Assembly: GCA_963724765.1 (NCBI GenBank)
Contig: CAVRVY010000004.1
Location: 480,001 to 544,000 of the forward strand
DNA length: 64,000 nucleotides
Direction: 5' to 3'
DNA from: an uncultured delta proteobacterium
GTDB lineage: Bacteria; Desulfobacterota; Binatia; Binatales; Binataceae
In this document: positions 40,469 through 50,463 of the stretch, one piece after another
Layout: each line of letters opens with the position of its first letter
Position numbering within the stretch: the stretch's first letter is position 1
Notes under the pieces: model-generated
Databases searched by the model: none
What the model was told of the DNA's origin: nothing
What the model saw: only the letters and a program-made list of their open reading frames with translations
Position numbers and translations under genes: made by a program

Positions 40469-41365
40469 TCAGGCCGGCGCGATCTCGCCCATCCGGCCCT
40501 CGCGGTAATCCTCGAACGCTTTGATGATCTCTTCCTTCGTATTCATCACGAAGGGACCATAGCGTGCGACCGGCTCGCGCAGCGGCACGCCGGCGATCAG
40601 CAGGACTTCGAGCGGTTCGCTTGCGCTCGGGGGCACCTCGATCGAAACCGCATCGCCATCGTCTGCGAACATCACCATCTGATGTTCGGCCGTGCCCTTC
40701 TCGTCGCGGCCCAGGCGACCCTCGCCACTGAAGACGTAGGCGAAGGCGTTGTACCCGGCGGGCACCGGTTGCACGACGCGCGCGCCGGGCTTGAGCGTCC
40801 AATGCAGATAAAAGATCGGCGTACGCGTGTTGATCACCGCTTTCACGCCCATCGCTTCGCCCGCGATCACGCGCACCGTCGCCTTGCCGTCGGCGCTGGT
40901 GGCGGTGGGAATGCTGGCCGCGGGAATCTCCTGGTAGTGCGGGCGGATCATCTTGTCGCGCTGCGGCAGGTTGACCCATAGCTGAAAGCCATGCATCCGG
41001 CCGCCCTGGCGCTGGAAGTCCTCGGCCGGCATCTCGGAATGCACCACGCCGGCCCCGGCCGTCATCCATTGCACGTCGCCCGGCCCCAGGCGCCCGGCAT
41101 TGCCGTGCGAGTCGCGATGCTCCATCTTGCCCGAGATCATGTAAGTGACGGTCTCGAAGCCGCGATGCGGATGGTCGGGAGCGCCCTTGGCCTCCCCCGG
41201 CCCAAGTTCCATCGGCCCCATCTCGTCGAGCAGCAGGAACGGATCGTACAACGCCATTCCCTGGCTCGGGAACGGGCGATTCACGACGAAACCCGCGCCC
41301 TCGAGCTGGCGCGCCGCGTTGAGGATATTCGTCACGGAGCGGATTTTTTCGTTGGCGGTTGTCAT
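40469..41365 (-). CDS. Pirin family protein
   Basis: DPFLLLD, HPHRGFETVTY, WMTAGAGVVHSE, QLWVNLP, YGPFVMN. Confidence 0.96.
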   Translation of the reverse strand: MTTANEKIRSVTNILNAARQLEGAGFVVNRPFPSQGMALYDPFLLLDEMGPMELGPGEAKGAPDHPHRGFETVTYMISGKMEHRDSHGNAGRLGPGDVQWMTAGAGVVHSEMPAEDFQRQGGRMHGFQLWVNLPQRDKMIRPHYQEIPAASIPTATSADGKATVRVIAGEAMGVKAVINTRTPIFYLHWTLKPGARVVQPVPAGYNAFAYVFSGEGRLGRDEKGTAEHQMVMFADDGDAVSIEVPPSASEPLEVLLIAGVPLREPVARYGPFVMNTKEEIIKAFEDYREGRMGEIAPA

Positions 41366-41456
41366 CGCATCGTCTCCTTGCCCTTCAACATAACCATCGT
41401 GTCAAGGGGAACGCCGCAACGCCAACCCTCTCGAGGATCCCGGCCGGACGATGCGG

Positions 41457-42119
41457 TTATTCGAGCGCGGAGGCCAGGATGTAACCTTCTAGCCCGCTTT
41501 TCATCCTGATCTTCATGTAGCTGAGCGCGATGCCGACGACGTGCACCGCGTGTCCTTGATGCACCTCGGAAACTTTCTTGCCCCAGTGATTAGGCGCGTC
41601 GAGCACTGGCGCGTCGTGCGTCAGCGTGAAGAGCTTGTCGGCCGGCGTGGTGACCTGAACCGCTTCAGCCAGCACGTAGCCCTCCTGTCCGCTCCTGAGC
41701 TTGACGCGCAGGAAGTAATGGGTCGAGCCAGTCACTATCACGAACTTGCCCTTTTCGCCCTGCTCGACGTGCGCGCTCCTGCTGCTTGGCTGCGCGTAGA
41801 TCCAGGTGTCCTCTTTCAGCAGCAACTTGCCCTGCGCAGGCTCGGCGGGAACGGACTTGATAGGCGGGGTGGCCGAGGCGAACGTCCGATGAGTGGCCGG
41901 GGGCGGCGTGACGCGATGATGCGGGGTTACGGGCGGCGGCGGCTGCTCCGGCGCTTCGCCTTCAGCCGGCGCGATCGTGGTCGCGGGCAGTCCAAAGTCG
42001 CCTCCGCCCGCTGAGCCCGTCTGGGCCGGCGCCGACGCCGGCAGAATCAACCACAGCACCGCCGCCGCAAGCGCCATCGTCCATGGCCGCGCGCCAACCC
42101 CGAGCCCTCGCAACCTCAT
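41457..42119 (-). CDS. Secreted protein with two SH3b-like domains
   Basis: Signal peptide, Pro-rich linker, two similar domains ending RVKLRSGQEGYV and KIRMKSGLEGYI. Confidence 0.75.
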   Translation of the reverse strand: MRLRGLGVGARPWTMALAAAVLWLILPASAPAQTGSAGGGDFGLPATTIAPAEGEAPEQPPPPVTPHHRVTPPPATHRTFASATPPIKSVPAEPAQGKLLLKEDTWIYAQPSSRSAHVEQGEKGKFVIVTGSTHYFLRVKLRSGQEGYVLAEAVQVTTPADKLFTLTHDAPVLDAPNHWGKKVSEVHQGHAVHVVGIALSYMKIRMKSGLEGYILASALE

Positions 42120-42161
42120 CAGCACCTCTCCCCTCAACCGGCTCGCTTCAACCGTCTCGCT

Positions 42162-43931
42162 TCAACATGCGCCGCACACGGTGCAGCGGGTAACGTCGCA
42201 CGGCTTGGTCTGATGCTCGTAGTGGGCCTTCTTGCGCTCCGATGCGAGAAACCATTTCTCGATATGATGATCGATGAAGTCCCACGGCAGGATTTCATTG
42301 TGCGCGTAATCGCGCGTGACGAAGAAGTCGGGATCGACCAGTGCGCCGGCTCCGTCGCCCGCCGCGACCTCACGCTTGATGGTTTTCAGCCCCTGCCAGA
42401 TTTCGCCGGGCAGCTCTCGATTCTCCGCGCTGAGCCGCGCCAGGATCGCACCGACGCGGCGGTCGCCGCGCGAGACCAGGGTCTGAAAGTAAGCTTCGCG
42501 TGGCGACTCGGCGTCGAGTTCGACGCCCGCATCCAGGCGCATCAGGTGCGAGCGCACCAGCGCGACCTTGCGCTTGAGCTCCTGCGCCTCCCGCATCGCG
42601 TCCCACTGAAACGGTGTCCACGGCTTGGGCACGAACGGGTTGAGCGAGACGCTGACGCGGCCGACGCGGCGGCGCTGCTCGCGGGCGCGGGTGACGATAC
42701 GGCCGACCAGTTCGGCGATCGCGACCACGTCCTCGTCGCGTTCCTCGGGCAGGCCCACCATAAAGTAACACTTCAAATTCTCGACGCCCTCACCCATCAT
42801 CAGCTCGGCGGCGTGCAGAATCTCGGGCTCGGTCAGATTTTTGTTGATGACCTTGCGCATCCGCTCGCTGCCGGCCTCCGGCGCTACGGTGACGCTGCGA
42901 TTTCCGTTGCGCCCGAGCGCTGCAGCCAGCGCCGGCGAAATGCAATCCGCCTTGAGCGACGACGGCGAGAGCCGTCCGCCGCGGTCGGCCACCGCGCCGG
43001 CGATTTCGGCCACACCGGGCACGCTCGCCATCTCGGCGCCGACCAGCCCGATTACGCCGCGCTCGGAAAGCCCGCGCTCGGACTCGGCGATCAAATTTTC
43101 GGCACTGCGGTAGCGAATCGGACGATACATGAAGCCGGCCGCGCAGAACCGGCATCCCCACTGGCATCCGCGGCTCGCCTCGATCAGGTACATGTCGCCA
43201 AAGACCGACTCCTCGGTGAGAATCAGCGACGCGGTGGTGAAGCGGTCGAGGTCATGGATTAGCCGGCGGCTGACACGCGGCAGGCCCGGACCGCTGTAAT
43301 CGACGCGCACGACGCGGCCGACGCCGTCGTAGACCGGCGTGAAGTAGTCGGGAAGGTACGCGCCGTCGACCAGCGCGAGCGCGCGCAAGCGCTCAGAGCC
43401 ATCGAGAGCGCCCGTCTCGCGAAAGCGCGCGACAAACTCGGGCACCATCTCCTCGCCCTCGCCGATCAGAAAGAGATCGACGAAATCGGCAATCGGCTCG
43501 GGATTGAGAAACACCGCTGAGCCGCCGGCGATGATCAACGGATAGTTGCGCCCGGCGCGTTCGGCGCGAGTGAGCGGGATGCCCGCCATCCGCAGCATCG
43601 TGATCAGGTTGAGATAGTCGGTCTCGAACGAGACCGAAAAGGCGATCACGTCGAAGCCGCCGAGCGGCTCGCCGCGCTCGAAAGAGACCAGACGCTCGCC
43701 CCGCGCGCGGATGTACTCGCGCTCGTCGGGGTCAGGCAGGAAAGCGCGGTCGGCGGCGACGCGTGGGTCGGATTCGAAGATATGGTAGACGGCCTGGAAG
43801 CCGAGATTCGCCATTCCGAGCCGGTAGACGTTGGGATAGACGACGCAGAGCCGGATGTCACCGCCGCGATGGCGCTCGAAGAGCACTTTTTCGCTGGCGA
43901 TACGTTCGAGCGCGCGCTTTCTAAGGAACAT
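42162..43931 (-). CDS. Radical SAM protein (TIGR03960-like)
   Basis: YPNVYRLGMANLG, NPEPIADF, SRGCQWGCRFC, APEAGSERMR, PKPWTPFQW, C-terminal Cys cluster CDVTRCTVCGAC. Confidence 0.88.
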   Translation of the reverse strand: MFLRKRALERIASEKVLFERHRGGDIRLCVVYPNVYRLGMANLGFQAVYHIFESDPRVAADRAFLPDPDEREYIRARGERLVSFERGEPLGGFDVIAFSVSFETDYLNLITMLRMAGIPLTRAERAGRNYPLIIAGGSAVFLNPEPIADFVDLFLIGEGEEMVPEFVARFRETGALDGSERLRALALVDGAYLPDYFTPVYDGVGRVVRVDYSGPGLPRVSRRLIHDLDRFTTASLILTEESVFGDMYLIEASRGCQWGCRFCAAGFMYRPIRYRSAENLIAESERGLSERGVIGLVGAEMASVPGVAEIAGAVADRGGRLSPSSLKADCISPALAAALGRNGNRSVTVAPEAGSERMRKVINKNLTEPEILHAAELMMGEGVENLKCYFMVGLPEERDEDVVAIAELVGRIVTRAREQRRRVGRVSVSLNPFVPKPWTPFQWDAMREAQELKRKVALVRSHLMRLDAGVELDAESPREAYFQTLVSRGDRRVGAILARLSAENRELPGEIWQGLKTIKREVAAGDGAGALVDPDFFVTRDYAHNEILPWDFIDHHIEKWFLASERKKAHYEHQTKPCDVTRCTVCGAC

Positions 43932-43946
43932 CGATAAGGCCCTGGG

Positions 43947-43973
43947 GCCCCATAGAGTTAACGCCTATGGGGC
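43947..43973. other. Perfect 9-bp inverted repeat between fdhD and the radical SAM gene
   Basis: GCCCCATAG-agttaacgc-CTATGGGGC. No U-tract, so its role is unclear. Confidence 0.35.
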
Positions 43974-44052
43974 GCCGGCTCAAGTGGGGAGTGCGGCACA
44001 GAGCCTGCGCGAATCTGCATTGAGAGCGTGAATCTTTCACCCGGGGATGAGA

Positions 44053-45006
44053 TTACGCGACGATGCGATCCGGATGGCAATACAAATTGAAGGTGCCGTT
44101 GCGAAGGAAACCGACCAGCGTGATGCCGACTTCCTCGGCCAGATCGACCGCGAGCGAGGACGGCGCCGAGACCGCGGCCAGGATGGGAACGCCGGCGGCC
44201 GCCGCCTTCTGCACGATCTCGAAGCTGAGCCGCCCGCTCACCGCCATCAGCGCCGCACCAAGCGGCAGCATCCCGTTCATCAACGCGTAGCCGGCCACCT
44301 TGTCGACCGCGTTGTGGCGGCCGACGTCTTCGCGCAGCACCTTGAGTTGCATCGCCGTGACCGGTGTCGCAGCCGAACCGTTTCTCCGCGCGCCGCCGCT
44401 GCGCGAGGTATCCGAGCCCACGCCGTTAGTTGGCTCCGGGTCGCCGGACGGAACGAACAGCGCGGCGGCATGCAATCCGCCGGTCGCGGCGAAGACCTCC
44501 TGCGCACCGCGCATCATCGGCGCAAGCTCGAGGATCGCGCCGGCCGCGACGGTCATCCGCGAGACGATCGGCGCGATGCGGCGCTGGGTCGCCTCGATAC
44601 TGGTCTTGCCGCACACGCCGCAACTCGACGAGATGGTGAAGTTGCGCTTAAGGCGTTGGCGCAGGTTCGCCGCCGGAACGTTGAGAATGACGTCGACCGC
44701 GTTGGGATCGGGCGCGCCTTTGGAACCGCGCAGACGGCGAATCTCGCCGAGGTCGGCGCGCGATTCGATGAAGCCCTCGGCGAGCAGAAAACCGGCGACC
44801 AGTTCTTCGTTGTTGCCCGGCGTGCGCATCGTGAGCGTGAAGCGCCGCCCGCCAAGCCGGATTTCGAGCGGCTCCTCGACCGCGAGCCGGTCGTCCTCGA
44901 GGTCGAAGCGTCCGTCGCGGAATTTGCGCGCCGGATGATGCCGGATGCTCTCGGACGCCGCGGCGCGCTCGGCACTCTCAGCGATCCGATTTGCATCGTC
45001 AGGCAT
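44053..45006 (-). CDS. fdhD: Formate dehydrogenase accessory sulfurtransferase FdhD
   Basis: VEEPLEI, MRTPG, SSCGVCG, TGGLHAA, EDVGRHNAVDK, SAPSSLA. Confidence 0.96.
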   Translation of the reverse strand: MPDDANRIAESAERAAASESIRHHPARKFRDGRFDLEDDRLAVEEPLEIRLGGRRFTLTMRTPGNNEELVAGFLLAEGFIESRADLGEIRRLRGSKGAPDPNAVDVILNVPAANLRQRLKRNFTISSSCGVCGKTSIEATQRRIAPIVSRMTVAAGAILELAPMMRGAQEVFAATGGLHAAALFVPSGDPEPTNGVGSDTSRSGGARRNGSAATPVTAMQLKVLREDVGRHNAVDKVAGYALMNGMLPLGAALMAVSGRLSFEIVQKAAAAGVPILAAVSAPSSLAVDLAEEVGITLVGFLRNGTFNLYCHPDRIVA

Positions 45007-45026
45007 CTGGATCGCCGCCGCGCCGG

Positions 45027-45269
45027 CTATCCGGCCGCCTTGGCGGAAGCTTCGCCTTCGAGAATCCTGACCGCGTCGTGCGCGATCTCGTTGAGACCTT
45101 CGCCGCCTTTGCTGGCCAGGTGGGCGATAATTTCGCGCCGCATCCGGGGATCCCAGAAGCTTCGCAGATGCTGCGCGGTCGCGGCCACGGCCTCGCCGCG
45201 ATCGGGATTCGACGTTTTAAAGAAGTCCGCGATCTGATTGGCCATCGTGACCAGGTGATTGATGTCCAT
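45027..45269 (-). CDS. fdsD: NAD-dependent formate dehydrogenase delta subunit
   Basis: LVTMANQIADFF...HLRSFWDPRMR. Confidence 0.93.
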   Translation of the reverse strand: MDINHLVTMANQIADFFKTSNPDRGEAVAATAQHLRSFWDPRMRREIIAHLASKGGEGLNEIAHDAVRILEGEASAKAAG

Positions 45270-45301
45270 CGCGACGCGTCCTCGATTGGCGCCAGTCCGC
45301 G

Positions 45302-48127
45302 CTAGCGGCCCGCCGCAGCATGCGCGTCCGCGCCTGGCTTCGTCGCACGCCGCGCGCTCGGCTCAGCCGCAGGCATCACTTGCACCGCGGTCACTTTGTA
45401 TTCGGGGCAATTGGTCGCCCAATCGGAGTTTTCGGTGGTCACGATATTGGTGCCGGAGGACTGGTAATGGAAGGTCGTGTAGACGACCCCAGGCGGCACG
45501 CGCTCAGTGACCTGCGCGCGGATCGTGGTCTCGCCGGCGCGGCTGCTGATCTTGACCCACGCGCCGTCGCGCACGCCACGCTCCTCGGCGTCATGCGGAT
45601 GGATCTCGAGTACGTCCTCATGATGCCACGCGACGTTGGCAGTACGGCGGGTCTGTGTGCCGACGTTGTACTGCGAAAGGATGCGCCCGGTGGTGAGGAT
45701 GAGCGGGAAGCGCGGCCCAACTTTCTCGTCGGTAGGGATGTACTCGGTGACCACGAAATGGCCCTTGCCGCGCACGAATTGCCCTATGTGCATCACCGGC
45801 GTGCCCTCGGGCGCCTTGTCATTGCACGGCCATTGCACGGAACCGAGGCGCTCGAGCTTTTCGTAGTTGACGCCGGCGAAGGTCGGGGTCAGGCGCGCGA
45901 TCTCGTCCATTATTTCCGACGGATGCGCGTAGTGCATCGGGTAGCCAAACGCAGCCGAAAGTTCGCAAGTGACCTCCCAGTCGGCCTTGCCGGCCAGCGG
46001 CGGCATCACCTTGCGCACGCGCGAGATGCGCCGCTCGGAGTTGGTGAAGGTGCCGTCCTTTTCGAGAAACGACGAGCCGGGCAGAAAAACGTGCGCGTAC
46101 TTCGCGGTCTCGTTGATAAAGATATCGTGCACGATGATACATTCCATCGCGCCGAGCGCGGCGGTCACGTGATGCGTGTTGGGGTCGGATTGCGCAATAT
46201 CCTCGCCCTCGACGTAGAGCCCTCTGAAGCTGCCGTCGAGCGCCGCGTCGAACATGTTGGGGATGCGCAGGCCCGGCTCCGGATCGAGCTTGACGCCCCA
46301 GGCCGCCTCAAAGGTGCCGCGCATCGCGGCGTCGGAAATATGCCGGTAGCCAGTCAGTTCGTGCGGGAACGATCCCATGTCGCACGATCCCTGCACATTA
46401 TTCTGCCCGCGTAGCGGATTGACGCCGACGCCGTCGCGCCCGAGATTCCCGGTCGCCATCGCGAGGTTCGCCATCCCGAGCACCATCGTGCTGCCCTGGC
46501 TATGCTCGGTCACGCCGAGGCCGTAGTAGATGACCGCGTTGCCGCCGCTTGCGTACAGACGCGCGGCGGCGCGGATTTTCTCCGCCGGCACTCCGGTCAC
46601 TTTCGCGGCGGCCTCGGGCGAGTTGCGCTCCTCGAGGATGAATTTCTTCCACAATTCGTAGGCGGGCCACTCGCAGCGCTCGCGCACGAAATCTTCCTTG
46701 GCGAGCCCTTCGCTCAGCGCCACGTGGGCGAACGCATTGATCAGCGCTACGTTGGTGCCGGGCAGGAGGGGCAAATGATACACCGCCTCGATATGCGGCG
46801 CGCGCACGAGATCTATCGTTCGCGGGTCGGCGACGATTAGCTTCGCGCCCTGGCGCAGACGGCGCTTCATCAGCGAGGCGAACACTGGATGGCCGTCAGT
46901 GGGGTTGCATCCGATCACCAGGACCACATCGGCCTTGAGCACGGAGTCGAAATCCTGGGTGCCGGCCGACGTTCCAAGCGTTGTTTTGAGGCCATAGCCT
47001 GTGGGCGAATGGCAAACACGCGCGCAGGTGTCGACGTTGTTGTTGCCGAAGGCCGCACGCACCATCTTCTGCACCAGGTAGGTCTCCTCGTTGGTGCAGC
47101 GCGATGAAGTGATGCCGCCGATCGAACCGGGGCCATACTTGGACTGAATTTCCTTGAGCCGTTTCGCGGCGTAGCCGATCGCCTCGTCCCACGACACCGT
47201 GCGCCACGCGTCGCTTGTCTTCTCGCGCACCATCGGCGCGAGCACGCGGTCGCGATGCGTCGCGTAGCCCCACGCGAAGCGTCCCTTGACGCAGGAATGG
47301 CCGTGATTCGACATCCCGTCCTTGTTCGGCACCATGCGGACGACTTCGTCGCCCTTCACTTCCGCCTTGAACGAGCATCCGACGCCGCAATAACCGCAGG
47401 TGGTGGTGACGGAGCGCTCGGCCACGCCCTTTTCGATCGTCGACTTCTCGACCAGCGCGTCGGTGGGACAGGCTTGCACGCAGGCTCCGCACGAAACGCA
47501 CTCGGACTCGAAGAACGGCTGATGCTGGCTCGGCGAAACGACTGAATTAAAACCGCGTCCGTCGATGGTCAGCGCGAAGGTGCCCTGGACCTCCTCGCAC
47601 GCGCGCACGCATCGCGAGCACACGATGCATCGCGCGGGATCGAAAGCGAAGTACGGATTGGAGGCGTCGCGCGCGGCGTCCAGATGATTTTTGCCCTCGA
47701 AGCCGTAGCGCATCTCGCCGAGCCCCACCGCGTCGGCCATCGCGTGCAACTCGCAGTTGCCATTGCCAGCGCATGCCGCACGATCCGGCGGATGATCCGA
47801 CATGTAGAGTTCCATCACGCCGCGCCGCAGCCGCTCGAGCATTTCGGATTTCGTGCGCACCTTCATCCCGGACTCGACCGGCGTGGTACACGAGGCCGGA
47901 TAGCCGTTGCGCCCTTCGACCTGGATCAAGCAGAGGCGGCATGAGCCGAACGGCTCGAGCGAGTCGGTCGCGCAGAGCTTGGGAATCGCGACGTCAGCGA
48001 GCGCCGCCGCGCGCAGAACCGAGGTGCCCTCGGGTACCGTGACCTCGCGGCCGTCAACTTCGAGCGTAATGAGTTTGGCGGAAGTCCTTGGCGGCGTCCC
48101 GTAGTCGCGATCGGTTTTCGATAGCAC
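45302..48127 (-). CDS. fdsA: NAD-dependent formate dehydrogenase alpha subunit (Mo-bisPGD, Cys ligand)
   Basis: 2Fe-2S and 4Fe-4S motifs, CGYCGVGC, NNVDTCARVCH, LRGQNNVQG, PEYK. Confidence 0.96.
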   Translation of the reverse strand: MLSKTDRDYGTPPRTSAKLITLEVDGREVTVPEGTSVLRAAALADVAIPKLCATDSLEPFGSCRLCLIQVEGRNGYPASCTTPVESGMKVRTKSEMLERLRRGVMELYMSDHPPDRAACAGNGNCELHAMADAVGLGEMRYGFEGKNHLDAARDASNPYFAFDPARCIVCSRCVRACEEVQGTFALTIDGRGFNSVVSPSQHQPFFESECVSCGACVQACPTDALVEKSTIEKGVAERSVTTTCGYCGVGCSFKAEVKGDEVVRMVPNKDGMSNHGHSCVKGRFAWGYATHRDRVLAPMVREKTSDAWRTVSWDEAIGYAAKRLKEIQSKYGPGSIGGITSSRCTNEETYLVQKMVRAAFGNNNVDTCARVCHSPTGYGLKTTLGTSAGTQDFDSVLKADVVLVIGCNPTDGHPVFASLMKRRLRQGAKLIVADPRTIDLVRAPHIEAVYHLPLLPGTNVALINAFAHVALSEGLAKEDFVRERCEWPAYELWKKFILEERNSPEAAAKVTGVPAEKIRAAARLYASGGNAVIYYGLGVTEHSQGSTMVLGMANLAMATGNLGRDGVGVNPLRGQNNVQGSCDMGSFPHELTGYRHISDAAMRGTFEAAWGVKLDPEPGLRIPNMFDAALDGSFRGLYVEGEDIAQSDPNTHHVTAALGAMECIIVHDIFINETAKYAHVFLPGSSFLEKDGTFTNSERRISRVRKVMPPLAGKADWEVTCELSAAFGYPMHYAHPSEIMDEIARLTPTFAGVNYEKLERLGSVQWPCNDKAPEGTPVMHIGQFVRGKGHFVVTEYIPTDEKVGPRFPLILTTGRILSQYNVGTQTRRTANVAWHHEDVLEIHPHDAEERGVRDGAWVKISSRAGETTIRAQVTERVPPGVVYTTFHYQSSGTNIVTTENSDWATNCPEYKVTAVQVMPAAEPSARRATKPGADAHAAAGR

Positions 48128-48240
48128 GGCTCAATCTCCTCGCGATACCTATGCGTCCCGGCCGAGCGAGTCGGGCGAGTCTGGCAGGCGCGATTTCGGC
48201 GCGCCGAACAACTTCAACCAGTTGATTAAGTTTAGCGCGT

Positions 48241-49815
48241 TCAGCCGGTCCATGCCACGTCGCTCCGCGAAAGGCCAAAGTCCTCGGGAAAATGGCGCAG
48301 CGCGCTCAACACCGGCAACGGCGTCAGGCCGCCTAGCGCGCACAGCGATCCGTAGGTCATTGTATCGCAAAGGTCGCGCAGCAGCCCCATCGCGACCGCG
48401 CGGTCGGGAGCGCGCGCGATTCGATCGAGCACCTCGGCGCCGCGCATCGATCCGATTCGACACGGAGTGCATTTGCCGCACGACTCGATCGCGCAGAACT
48501 CGAACGCCCAGCGCGCCTGATGGGCAAGATCGACCGTGTCGTCGAAGACCACAATTCCGCCGTGGCCGACGATGCCTTTTTTTGCGGCGAACGCCTCGTA
48601 GTCCATCGGCAGGTCGAGCATGCTCGCGGGAAAATAAGCGCCGAGCGGACCGCCGACCTGCACCGCGCGCAGCGGACGTCCGCTCCAGGTGCCGCCGCCG
48701 TAGTCTTCCACGAGATCGCGGAGCGTGACGCCGAAGGCTTTCTCGACCAGTCCTGGATGCTTGACGTTGCCGGCGAGTTGGATCGGCAGCGTGCCGCGTG
48801 AGCGGCCCATCCCGTAGTCCTTGTAGAAGGCGCCGCCGCGCGCGAGGATTACCGGCACGGTGGCGAGCGAGACGACGTTGTTCACGATCGTCGGCTGCCC
48901 GAACAGTCCGGCAAGCGCAGGCACCGGCGGCTTGTAACGCACCATCCCGCGCTTGCCCTCGAGGCTCTCGAGCATCGCGGTCTCCTCGCCACAGATGTAT
49001 GCGCCGGCGCCGAGCCGCACTTCGAGGTTGAAGGTACGCGCGCTGCCGGCGATTTTCTCGCCCAGGTAGCCGCGATTGTAGGCCGTGCCAATCGCCTCGT
49101 TCAGCGTGCGCAGCGCGTGCGGATATTCCGAGCGCAAATAGATGTACCCCTGCGTCGCGCCCGCGCATACCGCGGCGATCGTCATGCCTTCGATCAGAAC
49201 GAACGGGTCACCCTCCATAATCATGCGGTCGGAGAAGGTGCCCGAATCGCCCTCGTCGGCATTGCAGACGACATATTTCTGGCGCGCGGAGGCCTGCTGC
49301 GTGGTGCGCCATTTTATTCCCGCGGGAAAGCCCGCGCCGCCGCGCCCGCGCAATCCCGATTCGGTGATTTCTTCGACGACTTTTTCCGCGGAGATCGAAA
49401 GCGCACGCTCCAATCCCCGATAGCCTCCGTGCGCGACGTAATCATCCAGCGAGACTGGATCGACAATCCCCACGCGCACGAAGGTCAGGCGCTCCTGACG
49501 TTTGAGATAGGGAATCTCCTCCGTCAAGCCGAGCGCCAGGCGATGCTGCCCGCCGCGCAGAGAACCGGAATCGAGAAAACCGGAATCGAAGAGCGCGGGA
49601 ACGTCGGCCGGCGTGACCGGCCCGTGGGCGACGCGGCCGCGGGCCGTCTCAACCTCGACCATCGGCTCCAGCCAGAACATCCCGCGCGATCCGTTGCGAA
49701 CCAGGCGCAGATCGATATTGCGACGGGCCGCCTCGGCCACGATCGCGTCGGCGACTTTGCCTGCGCCGAGCGAGAGCGCCGAAGAGTCGCGCGGTACGTA
49801 TATCGTCGCCCTCAT
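48241..49815 (-). CDS. fdsB: NAD-dependent formate dehydrogenase beta subunit (NuoF-like)
   Basis: GLRGRGGAGFP, NADEGD, YICGEET, ESCGKCTPCR. Confidence 0.95.
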   Translation of the reverse strand: MRATIYVPRDSSALSLGAGKVADAIVAEAARRNIDLRLVRNGSRGMFWLEPMVEVETARGRVAHGPVTPADVPALFDSGFLDSGSLRGGQHRLALGLTEEIPYLKRQERLTFVRVGIVDPVSLDDYVAHGGYRGLERALSISAEKVVEEITESGLRGRGGAGFPAGIKWRTTQQASARQKYVVCNADEGDSGTFSDRMIMEGDPFVLIEGMTIAAVCAGATQGYIYLRSEYPHALRTLNEAIGTAYNRGYLGEKIAGSARTFNLEVRLGAGAYICGEETAMLESLEGKRGMVRYKPPVPALAGLFGQPTIVNNVVSLATVPVILARGGAFYKDYGMGRSRGTLPIQLAGNVKHPGLVEKAFGVTLRDLVEDYGGGTWSGRPLRAVQVGGPLGAYFPASMLDLPMDYEAFAAKKGIVGHGGIVVFDDTVDLAHQARWAFEFCAIESCGKCTPCRIGSMRGAEVLDRIARAPDRAVAMGLLRDLCDTMTYGSLCALGGLTPLPVLSALRHFPEDFGLSRSDVAWTG

Positions 49816-50297
49816 CGGCGGCGCTCCTTACGCTGCGCCAGCAGCTCGTCGAAACGCGCCGGGCTCACCCGCCCATAAAGCTCGTCGTTGAGAACCATCG
49901 CCGGCGAGCATCCGCAATTCCCCAGGCAGTACACGGCCTCCAGCGTGAAGTCGCCGTCGAGCGTGGTCTCGCCGAATCCTACGCCGAGGCGTCCGCGCAC
50001 GTGATCGGCCAACGCGACCGCGCCCATCGCCTGACACGACTCGGCGCGGCATAGCCGAATCACATTGCGGCCCGGCGGCTGATGGCGAAAATCGTGATAG
50101 AAGGTGACGACGCCGTGGACCTCGGCGCGAGAGAGATTAAGCACCTGGGCGATTATCGGCACGCTGTCGCGCGGCACATAGCCAAAACGGTCCTGGACCT
50201 CGTGCAGAATGAGCATGAGGGCGCCGGGCCGCTCTTTGAGCCGCGCAGCGATCGCCTCGACCGCCGCCGGGTCGAAGCCGTTTTGATTCTGGTTCAT
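49812..50297 (-). CDS. fdsG: NAD-dependent formate dehydrogenase gamma subunit (NuoE-like)
   Basis: SRAEVHGVVTFYHDF, CRAESC, CLGNC. Start is 50297 or 50324. Confidence 0.94.
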   Translation of the reverse strand: MNQNQNGFDPAAVEAIAARLKERPGALMLILHEVQDRFGYVPRDSVPIIAQVLNLSRAEVHGVVTFYHDFRHQPPGRNVIRLCRAESCQAMGAVALADHVRGRLGVGFGETTLDGDFTLEAVYCLGNCGCSPAMVLNDELYGRVSPARFDELLAQRKERRR

Positions 50298-50463
50298 TAA
50301 GCGATCCCGCTCTGTCTTCGTCAAGGTTCCGCCAGCGGCGGCGCTTTCGTCAAGAGTAAGGCGCTGGCGCCGTTATCATATATGGAGAAGGCTCTCGCGG
50401 TTGCAATGCGATTGCTAGCGACTGCTATGATAGTTCTCAAGGTCAACGCGGAGACCAACAGCC

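Noticed and set aside
45302-48127. Selenocysteine-containing formate dehydrogenase
   Set aside because: There is no in-frame TGA, and the active-site position is Cys (CARVCH).
50370-50395. ModE-like half site CGTTATCATATAT upstream of fdsG
   Set aside because: There is no second half site.
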